A DNA stretch of 64,000 nucleotides from Trichormus sp. ATA11-4-KO1 (lineage in GTDB: Bacteria; Cyanobacteriota; Cyanobacteriia; Cyanobacteriales; Nostocaceae), in the NCBI GenBank assembly GCA_019358915.1, contig JAHHIM010000073.1, positions 160,001 through 224,000 of the forward strand, in the 5' to 3' direction. The translations under genes were made by a program, and so were the position numbers. Each line of letters starts with the position of its first letter. Position 1 is the stretch's first letter. This document shows positions 52,754-62,674 of this stretch, piece by piece. The notes below the pieces were generated by a model that saw nothing but the letters and a program-made list of their open reading frames with translations, was not told the origin of the DNA and made no database searches.

Positions 52754-52795
52754 ATGTTATCTGCGGTTTTTGCTAGTGTATGTAGCAATAACTAC
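52754..52795 (-). promoter_or_regulatory. Canonical NtcA-activated promoter
   Basis: GTA-N8-TAC (GTAGCAATAACTAC, 52782-52795), exactly 22 nt, then minus-strand -10 TAACAT (52759-52754). Confidence 0.75.
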
Positions 52796-52866
52796 GATTT
52801 TGGGATATGGTTCGGCATCGGGTAACTTGTTTTGATGGCTACACGAGTGCAAAATCCTGATACTAC

Positions 52867-53472
52867 CTACTTTTGCAGCTTTGCAAAATATTTCTGGGAA
52901 TTGTCATCAATGATGCTACGAATTGTCTCTACTAGTTCAGTGTAGTTGCAGTCAGACAAAACTGGTTCTGCACCTTTTAGCTGAATAGGTTGTGCTAAAT
53001 CAATCCATGACTTACAACCACCGTATTCATAATCATAGGGAATTTCTATCTTTTGAGGTAGTTTATAAGTCCTGAGGAGAAGAATATACATTGGTTGACG
53101 TGGTTTCCACTTGAGGCGATCGCTAATAAAATGCTCGTTCCAAATATGGAAGGGAAGCAAGGCCTTAACAATCGACTCTTCACTAACTGGCAAAATATCA
53201 GTAATTTTAGCCCAACTACTAATAGGAACTTTTTCGGGATGCCAACCAGGAGTTACGGGATCGACAAGATTTGCATACTCAGTTTTGAGCATGAAGGCTT
53301 GTTGATGTTCGTAAGTGGGGTAAAGCAAAATCTGTTCATAGGCTACTTGGAAACGGCCACTTCTTTCATGAATACCACCTTTACGGAGCAACATAATTGT
53401 TTTACCGTTTTCCAAGGCATTTATGGCAACTGCCCATTCTTTGAGTGCATGTAAGGTTGTAGTCAATTCCAT
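52867..53472 (-). CDS. DUF1802 family protein
   Basis: ALKEWA, LLRKGGI, LYPTYEHQ, YGGCKSW. Confidence 0.9.
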   Translation of the reverse strand: MELTTTLHALKEWAVAINALENGKTIMLLRKGGIHERSGRFQVAYEQILLYPTYEHQQAFMLKTEYANLVDPVTPGWHPEKVPISSWAKITDILPVSEESIVKALLPFHIWNEHFISDRLKWKPRQPMYILLLRTYKLPQKIEIPYDYEYGGCKSWIDLAQPIQLKGAEPVLSDCNYTELVETIRSIIDDNSQKYFAKLQK

Positions 53473-53854
53473 CAGTCTTTACTTATTTTTATTTGCAAAA
53501 ATTCGGTTTATTAAAAGAGATTATTGGTAATTAACATCACATTTGTAATTAATATTTTTTCAGACTTTAGACAGAAAATGCTCATAATTAGTAACCTGTT
53601 CTTTAGACAGATGGTCTGAAAATTTAGCAGCATTAACTTTGAGAAATAAATGCCAACATCAATACTTCTAAATATCTGCATGAATATAGTTAATTCTAGT
53701 TGAGAAGTTTGGAATATAAATGAGTTTTTACAATAATTTAAATTATTAAAATTTCACAGAATTAATGCCCTAATTTTGGCTGATGATTTTTGAATTATTT
53801 CTTGATAAACAGAGATAATATGAAGAGGAAGTCATTATTAGCCAGGATTAAAGC

Positions 53855-54814
53855 ATGGAAAAGCGACGCTTAGGTCAATCAAACGTGCAAATCACACCCA
53901 TCCTGATGGGGACTTGGCAAGCAGGTAAAGTTATGTGGACGGGAATTGAGGATGCTGACTCAATTAAAACTATCCGAGCCGCCTTTGAAGCTGGTATTAC
54001 TACAATTGATACTGCCGAAGTTTATGGTGAAGGACACTCTGAGCAGATTGTCGCTCAGGCTTTATCTGATGTCCGCGATCGCGTAGAGTATGCTTCAAAA
54101 ATTTTTGCCAACCATCTCAAGTATGATTTAGTGATTGAAGCTTGCGATCGCTCTTTGAAAAATCTCAACACCGATTACATTGACCTTTATCAAATTCATT
54201 GGCCTTCTGGGTCTTTCAATACAGAAATAGTCCCAATTGAGGAGACTATGAGCGCTTTAAATAAACTCAAAGACCAAGGAAAAATCCGGGCGATTGGCGT
54301 TTCTAATTTTTCCCGTGAACAATTAATTGAAGCGGCAAAATATGGGCGGATTGATAGCTTACAACCCCCTTATTCTTTATTTTGGCGGTATGTAGAACAG
54401 GATGCCATACCCTACTGTATCGAAAACAATATTTCTATCCTGGCTTATTCACCTTTAGCACAGGGATTGTTAACAGGGAAATTTGCTCCTGGTCATAAAT
54501 TTGACCCCAATGATAACCGTGCTAAAAATAAGCTATTTCAAGGTGAAAACTTTGAACGCGCCCTACAATCTGTAGAAAAACTACGTCCCATAGCGACTCG
54601 TCATAATTGTAGTCTGGCTCAGTTGGCTTTAGCTTGGTTAATTGCCCAACCCCAAACAAGTGCGATCGCGGGTGCGCGTTATCCTGAACAGGCAAAAGAT
54701 AACGCCCAAGCTGCTGATGTGCAGCTTTCTAGCGATGAACTGGCAGAAATTGATGCCATTGGACGCATTGTGACCGACCATCTCGATGAAAATCCAGTTA
54801 TGTGGAATTGGTAA
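53855..54814 (+). CDS. Aldo/keto reductase
   Basis: DTAEVYG, DYIDLYQIHWP, IGVSNF, AYSPLAQGLL. Confidence 0.93.
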   Translation: MEKRRLGQSNVQITPILMGTWQAGKVMWTGIEDADSIKTIRAAFEAGITTIDTAEVYGEGHSEQIVAQALSDVRDRVEYASKIFANHLKYDLVIEACDRSLKNLNTDYIDLYQIHWPSGSFNTEIVPIEETMSALNKLKDQGKIRAIGVSNFSREQLIEAAKYGRIDSLQPPYSLFWRYVEQDAIPYCIENNISILAYSPLAQGLLTGKFAPGHKFDPNDNRAKNKLFQGENFERALQSVEKLRPIATRHNCSLAQLALAWLIAQPQTSAIAGARYPEQAKDNAQAADVQLSSDELAEIDAIGRIVTDHLDENPVMWNW

Positions 54815-55202
54815 CTAGGTCTGCTTCTTCAAGATCCCCTCAATCTTCTTTAAAAGATAGTTGGGGATCAAATATATTCTATCTTTATTGCAAAATTAAA
54901 CAAAACATCAACTTTAGTAAACTAAGATTTGACTATCACCAAGTTAGTGATAACTTAAATAGTAGGACACCAAATAAAAAACAGCCAAACTTAATGGGTA
55001 AATGACTTTGTGTCCCCTGTCATCCGCCCAAGTAAATATCAGCATATTAATGGTAAGTGGCAAAAAACCTGATTGTACAGGTAAAGCCAAATCCCAAAGC
55101 GGAAAAACGAGGATTGCTGAGTTTGCTAGTTGTTATGTCCACCTTAGTTATTAACTGTTGAAACTAATTAACAAGTTTAAAAATTTGAAACCTGTGAACC
55201 CT

Positions 55203-55232
55203 AAAAACCTGGTCAACCCGTACCAGGTTTTT
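55203..55232. terminator. Intrinsic terminator hairpin in a long intergenic region
   Basis: AAAAACCTGGT-loop-ACCAGGTTTTT. Confidence 0.7.
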
Positions 55233-55356
55233 GAATTTTATAGTAGTTTCGCCTAAATTTCTCACGTTTGTCTAGCGTATCCGCAGAACTTATGATTGAG
55301 GGTTTCTATAGCAGCGAATAAGATAGGACAGCAGCAATCTATCCTATTGGAAGTAT

Positions 55357-56079
55357 TTGATGAAAAAAAATTATAACTTGTTGAAAAAAATCACTGTAGT
55401 CGTCTTTCTGTCTAGTTTTTCCCTGTCTTGTGACCCTAATCTTGTGAGAAAACCCGAATCAGCAGAGGCTGGAGAACAGCAACAAACAGAACCAAATATT
55501 AGCTATGGAGACTTAGTTATAAAAGAGCAATCAGATTACTTGATGATTCCAGTGAATTTCAGAGAAAAAAATCAAGCTCGAGAAGATGCTTTAAACTTTT
55601 CCCGTTCTTATAAGCAAGATTATGCATCATTGTCTAATTTAATATTTTATCGCAAGCAAGATGGGGAAACTCATCTTCTGCTTGATAACAAAGCAGTTAT
55701 AAATTCCTTTGATTTAATAGAAACAAAACTAGTAGGACAGCCACCTACAAGAGTTTGGTTTTATAAAATTATTGACCAAGATACTAACAAAGACCAACAA
55801 CTTAACCAAGAAGATACTGTGATTGGTTATATTTCTGATTTATCAGGAAAGAATCTTCAGCAAGTCACACCAAACAACACTAAAATTATCAACTGGGTGG
55901 TTGTTCCCAGTCAAAATGCAATTTTTATCAAAATTATCAAAGATTCTGATATTGATAACAAATTTACAGCAGCAGATAAGACTAATTTTATTAGAGTTAA
56001 TCTTGAGAACCCTAGTGTAGGTACAGAAATTATTAGTGATCAGATAGACCAACAAATTAAATCTTATATTCTGAAATAA
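55357..56079 (+). CDS. Hypothetical lipoprotein with EF-hand-like DxNxD loops
   Basis: Lipobox-like SLSC; DTNKDQQLNQED and DSDIDNKF motifs. Confidence 0.7.
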   Translation: MMKKNYNLLKKITVVVFLSSFSLSCDPNLVRKPESAEAGEQQQTEPNISYGDLVIKEQSDYLMIPVNFREKNQAREDALNFSRSYKQDYASLSNLIFYRKQDGETHLLLDNKAVINSFDLIETKLVGQPPTRVWFYKIIDQDTNKDQQLNQEDTVIGYISDLSGKNLQQVTPNNTKIINWVVVPSQNAIFIKIIKDSDIDNKFTAADKTNFIRVNLENPSVGTEIISDQIDQQIKSYILK

Positions 56080-56122
56080 GGAATTAAGTAGGGAAATTTT
56101 CCCTACTATTATTCTGGGGATA

Positions 56123-57061
56123 TTACTGCGGAATCGACAATACCCAATCATGTAAAAGTTGATTTACCTGTTCTGGTACTTCATCATGAGGACAATGACC
56201 CGCAGTCAGGAAATGTTCTGTGAGTTCAGGATAATATTGACGAAACTTCTGGGAACGTTCTCTAGCATTCATCCAAGGATCAGCTTCACCCCACAACAGC
56301 AATAAAGAACAAGTTAATTGCTTTAGTAGCACATCAACTTTCTCTCCTTGAGGAGTGCTAAAAACGGAAACAAATACATCCAACGCCCCAGAATCGTAAG
56401 CAGGGCGATAAATTTCTTCTATCAATTGGTCTGTCACCGCACTCTTATCAAGATAAACTTTTTCTAAAGTTTGGCGAATTACCCAACGTTGTCGCACATA
56501 TTGAAATAACAGAAACTGGCTTAAAGGTTGTTGAAAAATCCACTTTACAGAATCACCCAGTAGTTTTTGTAAAGCAGAAGGTTGTTTGGCGGGTTGAATT
56601 TGTGTTTGCAAAGCTTCTGGTTCAGATGTAGGCTGGATTTGACTGAAGGGGCCAGCGCTATTGAGTAACACTAAACCAGCCGCCGCATCAGGACACTGTG
56701 CTGCAACACACAAACAAGCATACCCACCCAGAGAATTACCTGCCAATACGGCTTTTTGCCCAATCACTTCACTGATAAAATCAAAGAGTTGGTCACGCCA
56801 CAAGTCACCACCATACTGCAATTTCGGTTTTGCTGAACGTCCAAATCCTAAAAGGTCGATGGCAAATACTTCAAAATCTGGGCACAGTCCTGTGATATTC
56901 TTGCGCCAGTGGTCTGTGGAAGCGCCAAAGCCATGCACCAACAGTAAAGGCGGGCGTTGTGGTTGTTTGTCCCCCGCATGGACATAGTAAATGTTGTGCC
57001 CTCGCCACTGCCAGTATTGGCCAGGAATGGGAGTTTTAGAGGGGGCTGTGGTTACCTGCAT
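56123..57061 (-). CDS. Alpha/beta fold hydrolase
   Basis: HGFGAS..HWR, DLLGFG, GNSLGG, GHCPHDE. Confidence 0.92.
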   Translation of the reverse strand: MQVTTAPSKTPIPGQYWQWRGHNIYYVHAGDKQPQRPPLLLVHGFGASTDHWRKNITGLCPDFEVFAIDLLGFGRSAKPKLQYGGDLWRDQLFDFISEVIGQKAVLAGNSLGGYACLCVAAQCPDAAAGLVLLNSAGPFSQIQPTSEPEALQTQIQPAKQPSALQKLLGDSVKWIFQQPLSQFLLFQYVRQRWVIRQTLEKVYLDKSAVTDQLIEEIYRPAYDSGALDVFVSVFSTPQGEKVDVLLKQLTCSLLLLWGEADPWMNARERSQKFRQYYPELTEHFLTAGHCPHDEVPEQVNQLLHDWVLSIPQ

Positions 57062-57131
57062 GATATAAAGAAATATTAAGTGACTTCTAATAATTGTAGC
57101 TAGCAGTCAACTGATTAGTATCTCATGACTA

Positions 57132-58013
57132 ATGACTAAACCATTAATTACAGGCAAAACTAAACTGTTGGGAGTAATTGGACATCCGGTAGAACATTCG
57201 CTATCGCCAGTGATGCACAATGCCGCACTTGCCCAATTGGGATTAGATTATATTTATCTGCCCTTTCCTATCGAACCAGAGAATTTAGCAGTTGCGATCG
57301 CCGGTTTTGCCGTTATGGGAGTTGTCGGCTTTAGTGTGACAATTCCTCATAAACAGGCAATTATGCCATTGTTAAGCGAAATTACCCCCATTGCCCAAGC
57401 TATAGGGGCAGTAAATACTGTCAGTCGCCAAAATAATCAATGGGTGGGGACAAACACAGATATAGAAGGATTTATCGCCCCATTACAAACAACATATCAG
57501 CAGAATTGGAGTCAGCAGATAGCGGTAATTTTAGGTAATGGCGGCGCAGCCAGGGCAGTTGTTGCAGGTTGTCACCAGCTTGGTTTTGCCCAAATTCATG
57601 TTGTGGGGCGCAATATGCAAAAATTACAAGCATTTCGTCATAGTTGGGGCAATTCACAGCTAGCTGAGAGTTTACAAGTTCATACATGGGATGAACTAGC
57701 TAAACTCATTCCCCAGGTAAATTTGCTAGTAAATACAACCCCTGTAGGCATGTATCCTCAAGTTGAGGAATCACCTTTGAGTGTAGAAGAGATGCAGAAA
57801 TTATCCCCAGGTGCGATCGCCTACGATTTGATATATACTCCTAACCCTACACAATTTCTCCAACAGGCAGCAAAACAAGGTGCAATTGCTATTGATGGAT
57901 TAGAAATGTTAGTTCAACAAGGGGTAGCAGCACTAAAAATCTGGTTGCAACGCGAGAGTGTACCTGTAGATGTGATGCGCCTCGCACTACGAAAGCAGCT
58001 TAATTTAGATTAA
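57132..58013 (+). CDS. aroE: Shikimate dehydrogenase
   Basis: HSLSPVMHN, VTIPHK, GAVNT, NTD, GNGGAA, NTTPVGM. Confidence 0.95.
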   Translation: MTKPLITGKTKLLGVIGHPVEHSLSPVMHNAALAQLGLDYIYLPFPIEPENLAVAIAGFAVMGVVGFSVTIPHKQAIMPLLSEITPIAQAIGAVNTVSRQNNQWVGTNTDIEGFIAPLQTTYQQNWSQQIAVILGNGGAARAVVAGCHQLGFAQIHVVGRNMQKLQAFRHSWGNSQLAESLQVHTWDELAKLIPQVNLLVNTTPVGMYPQVEESPLSVEEMQKLSPGAIAYDLIYTPNPTQFLQQAAKQGAIAIDGLEMLVQQGVAALKIWLQRESVPVDVMRLALRKQLNLD

Positions 58014-58051
58014 AATTATATCTTGCACTGGGATTTAAATAGAGGTAAATA

Positions 58052-59965
58052 TCAATAATCACTAAATTGCAATACTTCTTCTATGGAAATATTCCGTCGT
58101 TTATTTAATTCCAGACATCGCTTTTTTTCAGATGTAAAAGTCTCACAATGTAATTGAGAACCAGTTTTTTCCCATAGTTCCTTAAAGTGACGAGAGCGTT
58201 TTTCACGCATCACTAGTTCCATACAATTTATCGCGGCTTGAACGACTTGGGGTGTCCGTAGTATATCTTTCTTACTTTTTTCGTTTAGATAAAATAAATG
58301 GGAAATTGATTCTATTTCTTCCGATAATTCTAAGTATCTATCTTGCAAACTTGATATGAACTCTACCTGCTCCCCCGTTGATTCTAAAATCTTCTGCCAC
58401 AATAATCGATGATGAGAAAGACTAAATTCCAAATCTCGTTCTTCTAAGGTGTCAAAAATAACTTGACGCTGTTGGGGACAATGCAGGTAAATCTTTAGTA
58501 GTAAAGCCTCTGCTAATTCTAAAAGACTGTGATCTGTAGAGAGTGACGCATGGGAAGGCTTTTCAGCACCTCCCCATGCTTTCTTAGCTGAGACAGGCTT
58601 AGAGTATGTAGCCGGAGTAGGGGCTATTTGAGTTAATAGATTTTCTACTCGTAGAGGTATCAGTCTCGTATCCCCTAAGCTGAGAATTTCGGCACAGTGA
58701 GAAACGTAATAATTTCGTGTATCACTATTAGCTATATTTTTCAGTAATTTTACTATTTGTTGTGTAACTTGCTGAAAATCGGTAGCTTGTTTTAAATCCC
58801 TGCCTACAATAATTTGCTGAATCTGCCAGTCAAGCCACAGTGGGGCATTTGCTAACAGTTGTTCATAATCTTCTGGTGTATGGGTATACAAGTATTCATC
58901 AGCATCTTTACCATCGGGTATGTTAAGAATCTTCAGTTGAACTTCACCTTTGTATGCTAGTTCGGCAATTTCCCCAATGGCTCGTTCGGCGGCGATATTA
59001 CCAGCTTTATCGGCATCAAAGTTGAGGACTAACTGTTTAGATTCGGTGTAGCGTAAGATTAACCTGACTTGTTCAATGCTTAAAGCCGTTCCTAGGGAGG
59101 CGACAGCATTAGTAATACCCGCAGCATGGAGCGCGATCGCATCAAAATATCCTTCTACGATTACGGCCCCGTCAAGTTGGGAAATTCCACCTTTGGCTTG
59201 ATCCAGGGCAAATAATGTTTTACCTTTACTAAAAAGCTCTGTTTCTGGTGAATTTAAATATTTTGGTTGCTCATCAGAGAGGGTTCTCCCACCAAAAGCG
59301 ATGACTCGTCCTTGGATGTCGCGGATGGGAATCATCAGGCGATCGCGGAATACATCATAATAACCACTTGCTTCTTTCCGTGGCTTAATCAATCCGGCTT
59401 TTTCTACTAGTTGCACTGGGTAATGTTTATCTTCCACCAAATAGCGATGCAGGGTTTCCCAACCTGCGGGTGCATAACCTAAACCAAACTGCTGAATTGT
59501 TTCTTCCTGCAATTGGCGATCGGATTGCAGATATTCATAGGCTTTTTTTCCTTGGCTTTGTCTAAGGGCGTGTTGATAAAACTGTCCGGCGGAAGCCAGA
59601 ACTTCATATAATTGTTCACGTAAAGAAATTTGACGCTGTAATTCTTGGCGTTGTTCTGGTGCGAGAGTTTGCACAGGTACTTGGTAACGGCGTGCTAAAT
59701 CTAACACCACTTCTGCAAACGAGTGTTTTCCCAAGTCCATCAAGAACTTAATGGCATTTCCCCCAGCTTGACAGCCGAAGCAATAGTACATTTGCTTGGT
59801 TTGACTGACTGTGAAACTGGGACTTTTCTCATCATGGAAGGGACACAAACCGACAAAATCTTTACCACGCTTGCGTAAAACTACGTGTTCTGAAACGACA
59901 TCAACAATATCAGCACGTTGTTTAATTTCCTCAATTGTGTCAGGGTGCAAGCGGGGAATTTGCAT
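58052..59965 (-). CDS. dnaG: DNA primase
   Basis: CPFHDEKSPSF zinc finger, FGGR, KYLNSPET, EGYFD, FDAD.AG, KDADE. Confidence 0.97.
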   Translation of the reverse strand: MQIPRLHPDTIEEIKQRADIVDVVSEHVVLRKRGKDFVGLCPFHDEKSPSFTVSQTKQMYYCFGCQAGGNAIKFLMDLGKHSFAEVVLDLARRYQVPVQTLAPEQRQELQRQISLREQLYEVLASAGQFYQHALRQSQGKKAYEYLQSDRQLQEETIQQFGLGYAPAGWETLHRYLVEDKHYPVQLVEKAGLIKPRKEASGYYDVFRDRLMIPIRDIQGRVIAFGGRTLSDEQPKYLNSPETELFSKGKTLFALDQAKGGISQLDGAVIVEGYFDAIALHAAGITNAVASLGTALSIEQVRLILRYTESKQLVLNFDADKAGNIAAERAIGEIAELAYKGEVQLKILNIPDGKDADEYLYTHTPEDYEQLLANAPLWLDWQIQQIIVGRDLKQATDFQQVTQQIVKLLKNIANSDTRNYYVSHCAEILSLGDTRLIPLRVENLLTQIAPTPATYSKPVSAKKAWGGAEKPSHASLSTDHSLLELAEALLLKIYLHCPQQRQVIFDTLEERDLEFSLSHHRLLWQKILESTGEQVEFISSLQDRYLELSEEIESISHLFYLNEKSKKDILRTPQVVQAAINCMELVMREKRSRHFKELWEKTGSQLHCETFTSEKKRCLELNKRRNISIEEVLQFSDY

Positions 59966-60095
59966 TCTTGTTTTTTTGCTTCGTAACTATAACTGCTGTG
60001 AGCTAACCATCTGATAGATATTATATTCTTGTTGCCAAGCCAACAATTATGTATAAAATTGCTTACGCTTAATTTTCTTAGAGGAAATACTGACG

Positions 60096-61448
60096 ATGGG
60101 ACGTATTTTTATTTCGGCAGCTCACGGAGGTAAAGAAGCAGGAGGAATCGATCCAGGCTCGATCGCAGGTGGTACAACCGAAGCTAGAGAAATGATTCTG
60201 CTGCGGGATTTGATTGTAACAGAATTACGGGCGCGGAGTTTTGATGTTTTGGCAGTTCCCGATGACCTCAGCGCCACAGAAACTATTGCTTGGATCAATT
60301 CTCGTGGTCGTCGGGTAGATGTCGCCCTAGAAATTCATACTAATGCTGCTAGCAGTCCGACTGTCAGAGGTGCGAGTGTCTACTACATTGCCAACAACCA
60401 AGAGCGTAAAAGTAATGGTGAATTGTTATTGATGGGGCTTTTGCGCCGTGTAACTCAGTTACCAAATCGGGGAGTTAAGCCAGATACAGATAGCGGGTTG
60501 GGAAGTTTGGCATTTTGTCGCCAAATCATCATTCCTTCTTTATTAATGCAAGTAGGCTTTCTTAGCAATCCAGAAGATCGGTCTTTGCTGCAAAATCGTC
60601 GTCGTGATTTCGCTTTGGGAATTGCCGATGGTTTGGCATCTTGGAGTCGGGTAATTGACCCTAATTCTGTAACTCCTATTGAACCAACTTATCCAGCAAT
60701 TAATATTAATATTAATGGGCAAAAATACGCTGAACAAGGAATATTAGTTAATGGTAATTCTTACATTCCTATTGATTTAGTAGACCAGCTACGGATTGAT
60801 TTATCAAAATCAGCAAATATCAACCGGATTAGTTATCGGAGAATAGTTTATATCAAAGCAGTTGATTTGCGAGATTTTAACGTAGCTATCAGTTGGGATG
60901 CGGCAACTCGTACTATTAATTTACGTTCAAATTTATTAGTTTGCGTTGACCAACTTGACCGCATTATGTCACGTGGCAATACATCAGAAGTAGAGTTGCA
61001 ATTATTCCTGAGAAACAACAATGAAAATGCTTTGGTTAATTTTCCTGATATACCCAAATTGTATAGAGAAGAAGGTAACGCGGAAGGCGTAAATTATGAT
61101 ATTGCTTTCTGTCAAATGTGTTTAGAAACTGGGTTTTTACGTTTTGGCGGTGATGTCAGACCTGAGCAAAATAACTTTGCTGGTTTGGGTTCTATTGGTG
61201 GTGGTGTAGAAGCTGCGTCTTTTCCTAGTGCGAGAATTGGTGTTAGAGCGCATATCCAACACTTAAAAGCCTACGCTAGTTTAGAACCTTTAGTAAATGA
61301 AGTTGTAGACCCCCGGTTTCGCTTTGTTACCCGTGGTGTAGCGTCATCAATCTATCAGCTTTCAGGACGCTGGTCAGCAGATTTAGACTATGGTGTCAAG
61401 ATTTTAGCATTGATGAAACGACTGTATGAATCAGCAAGACTTTTGTAA
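60096..61448 (+). CDS. N-acetylmuramoyl-L-alanine amidase-like protein with C-terminal glucosaminidase-like domain (possibly TftA-like)
   Basis: IFISAAHGG, LEIHTN amidase_3-like N-terminus; CQMCLETG, QNNFAGLG C-terminus. Confidence 0.8.
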   Translation: MGRIFISAAHGGKEAGGIDPGSIAGGTTEAREMILLRDLIVTELRARSFDVLAVPDDLSATETIAWINSRGRRVDVALEIHTNAASSPTVRGASVYYIANNQERKSNGELLLMGLLRRVTQLPNRGVKPDTDSGLGSLAFCRQIIIPSLLMQVGFLSNPEDRSLLQNRRRDFALGIADGLASWSRVIDPNSVTPIEPTYPAINININGQKYAEQGILVNGNSYIPIDLVDQLRIDLSKSANINRISYRRIVYIKAVDLRDFNVAISWDAATRTINLRSNLLVCVDQLDRIMSRGNTSEVELQLFLRNNNENALVNFPDIPKLYREEGNAEGVNYDIAFCQMCLETGFLRFGGDVRPEQNNFAGLGSIGGGVEAASFPSARIGVRAHIQHLKAYASLEPLVNEVVDPRFRFVTRGVASSIYQLSGRWSADLDYGVKILALMKRLYESARLL

Positions 61449-61475
61449 TTCGTAATTAAGAGTTTTTTGAATCTG

Positions 61476-61980
61476 CTAAGTTAATGTGACTGAAGACCTG
61501 TTTAAATGTTGAATAATCCAATCTCTGACTACATGGTAAACTTCATCGGCTACTTCATCTAGTTGATGATTAGCTTGAGGATATAGAATTATATGCTAAT
61601 GAGTGACCAACTAAGGCTAAATATTTGATACCTTCATCTTGCAAATAAGTAATACCTATCAGTACATCTAGGACAGATTTTACCAATTCAGTTGGGTAAC
61701 GGTAGCGTATTCTTAAAGAAGCGATCGCCTCACTTGTGAGATCCTCACACAATCGGGGATAAAGTCCGTGTGCAGGTGTATCCCAGCCACCACCAACACC
61801 ACCTACCCAAATCACCGCTTTTTCGGCATTTTTTACAGGATAGTAGCGACAACGAATTGAACCCTGAGGTGTTACCAATTTGACAGGATAATATTCCTCT
61901 TGCTGTGGTTCGACTACAACGTCCTGGAGTCTCATCTCGAATGATTCATCATAGATAGGCTGCACAACAAACTCCACCAT
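61476..61980 (-). pseudogene. Alpha/beta hydrolase pseudogene (internal deletion plus frameshift)
   Basis: ORF stops just after LVGHSL; another frame carries the C-terminus IILYPQANHQLDEVADEVYHVVRDWIIQHL to TAG at 61478-61476. Confidence 0.8.
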
Positions 61981-61997
61981 CGAACTCCTAAGAAATA

Positions 61998-62052
61998 GTG
62001 CTGAGTGCTGAGTGCGCTAGCCCTGAGCGAAGTCGAAGGGGAGTGCTGAGTG
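61998..62052. repeat. STRR (GTGCTGA)n interrupted by a small dispersed repeat
   Basis: GTGCTGAGTGCTGAGTGC-GCTAGCCCTGAGCGAAGTCGAAGGG-GAGTGCTGAGTG. Confidence 0.7.
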
Positions 62053-62110
62053 AGGAATAAAAAGTATGGAGGATTATGTTTCTTTGGCTCTTCCCGCAAC
62101 TTCGCCTCCG

Positions 62111-62518
62111 TTATAAAATCAAATAGCTACGCCAAGCAAGTTGAGAATCTTGACTACCCTTTTGCGGCAGTAGCAAGCGCCAGGTTTTACCTTCTTGTTG
62201 AATTTGTAGGTAAACTTCAAAAGGTTGTTGCAGTTGTGTCAACTGTCTTTTTGGTAACTTAAAAATTAAATCGTAGGTTCCTCGGATGCGGAAAGCTGGC
62301 AGATTTTGAATCGTCAGAGGTTCTTCCCGACTAATTCTTAAGCGTTTGATTTCAAATCCTTGGAAATCTATATCTAGTTGTTGGTTGAGTTGCTGTTGAG
62401 TTTGCTTTACCTGAAGTGCGATCGCTTTTTGAACTAACTCAGTAGTTGGTAGCAGTCCAATAGTACCACAAGCCGTTAACAGCACCAGCAAAATCACAGT
62501 TACAACAAGCCGCACCAT
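62111..62518 (-). CDS. Hypothetical lipoprotein
   Basis: Lipobox LTAC; F.VYLQ.Q.EGKTWRL motif. Confidence 0.75.
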   Translation of the reverse strand: MVRLVVTVILLVLLTACGTIGLLPTTELVQKAIALQVKQTQQQLNQQLDIDFQGFEIKRLRISREEPLTIQNLPAFRIRGTYDLIFKLPKRQLTQLQQPFEVYLQIQQEGKTWRLLLPQKGSQDSQLAWRSYLIL

Positions 62519-62674
62519 GTTAAATTTGATATATCATCCGCCAGCGATAGTATACAGTAAATTTCAGGTTTTATGATAAACTTTTTACCTGCTAAATTTG
62601 CCACAGCAAATTAAATGTAGTAATACTCTGCGTACCTTTGCGTTTCCCCCTGCGCTCCTCTGTGTTGAAAAATA

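Noticed and set aside
55058..55128. c-di-GMP-I riboswitch call
   Set aside because: It has GGCAAA but lacks the GNRA-capped P2 and the GACGCAAAGC junction; kept only as an unassigned structured candidate.
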